Part shown: positions 45,413 through 45,528 of the stretch, in pieces
Numbering within the stretch: the first letter of the stretch is position 1
Layout of the letters: the number at the start of each line of letters is the position of its first letter
Assembly (NCBI GenBank): GCA_021162285.1
Contig: JAGGYZ010000299.1
Coordinates: forward strand, 1 to 45,528
Direction: 5' to 3'
Source of the DNA: Candidatus Fermentibacteraceae bacterium
GTDB lineage: Bacteria; Fermentibacterota; Fermentibacteria; Fermentibacterales; JCC-6
DNA: 45,528 nucleotides
Notes under the pieces: model-generated
Seen by the model: only the letters and a program-made list of their open reading frames with translations
What the model was told of the DNA's origin: nothing
Database searches by the model: none
Program-made: the position numbers and the translations under genes

Positions 45413-45528
45413 GAGTCAAGCACCTGGCGTATCTTACGAAGAAGCGAATCAGAACCGTATGGTTTCTGTATAAAATTCAGATCGGAATCAAGAACAAACC
45501 CTGTGTGAATAGCATTCCTGCTGTATCC
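45409..45528 (-). CDS. C-terminal end of a receiver-domain protein (partial; continues beyond the window)
   Basis: The reverse-strand translation to the window edge is GYSRNAIHTGFVLDSDLNFIQKPYGSDSLLRKIRQVLDS*, a typical receiver alpha5 end (F.QKPY). Its TGA lies in an ATGA overlap with the start of the 1177-aa kinase. Confidence 0.6.
   Translation of the reverse strand, partial: GYSRNAIHTGFVLDSDLNFIQKPYGSDSLLRKIRQVLDS

Noticed and set aside
1-45528. CRISPR arrays, tandem repeats, IS elements, toxin-antitoxin pairs or known defence genes
   Set aside because: None is visible. Non-coding space is minimal and no repeat-spacer periodicity was seen by eye. Short dispersed repeats cannot be excluded without a computational self-comparison (a dot-plot of the window against itself).

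Overview
Bacterial chromosomal window, very gene-dense: about 42 protein genes (one partial) and one tRNA. I saw no CRISPR array, IS element, prophage or obvious repeat family. Most genes lie on the minus strand. From hpf (32896) down to a TagF-like gene (7478) there is a co-directional array of about 25 kb, and many junctions have 4-nt (ATGA/GTGA) or 1-nt stop/start overlaps.

Content falls into five groups.
1) An envelope glycoconjugate region (171-11705): an LpxL-type acyltransferase, four TagF-like CDP-glycerol glycerophosphotransferase paralogs, TagD, a second LicC/IPCT-like nucleotidyltransferase, a GT9 heptosyltransferase-family enzyme plus a degenerate GT9-like protein, a CDP-alcohol phosphatidyltransferase, and small secreted or lipoproteins.
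2) A Bacillus-like topA-xerC-hslV-hslU backbone (15335-23184). It is interrupted by a 981-aa DUF2723/TMEM260-like GT-C membrane protein. It is followed by an MglA-like GTPase, a 711-733-aa STT3-like GT-C protein with a degenerate WWDYG motif, dapF and tRNA-Gly(CCC).
3) A second, clearer MglA GTPase coupled to an uncharacterised bitopic membrane protein. Nearby are tatA, DUF4321, a Gx transporter, two GT4 glycosyltransferases and an NDP-sugar nucleotidyltransferase.
4) A regulatory-type PTS set (ptsI, ptsH, hprK) next to hpf, with no EII genes.
5) A plus-strand block (an archaeal-type GatE homolog, a hybrid kinase, queF, fusA, crcB), followed by a minus-strand multi-kinase phosphorelay cluster.

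The best candidates for undescribed biology are the two MglB-less MglA modules, each followed by an overlapping gene for a large membrane protein. Next are the divergent STT3-like and DUF2723 GT-C enzymes embedded in the hslVU operon, the orphan GatE homolog, and the teichoic-acid-like machinery in an apparently LPS-bearing organism. All family assignments come from motif recognition by eye and from remembered reference sequences. No database search was run.
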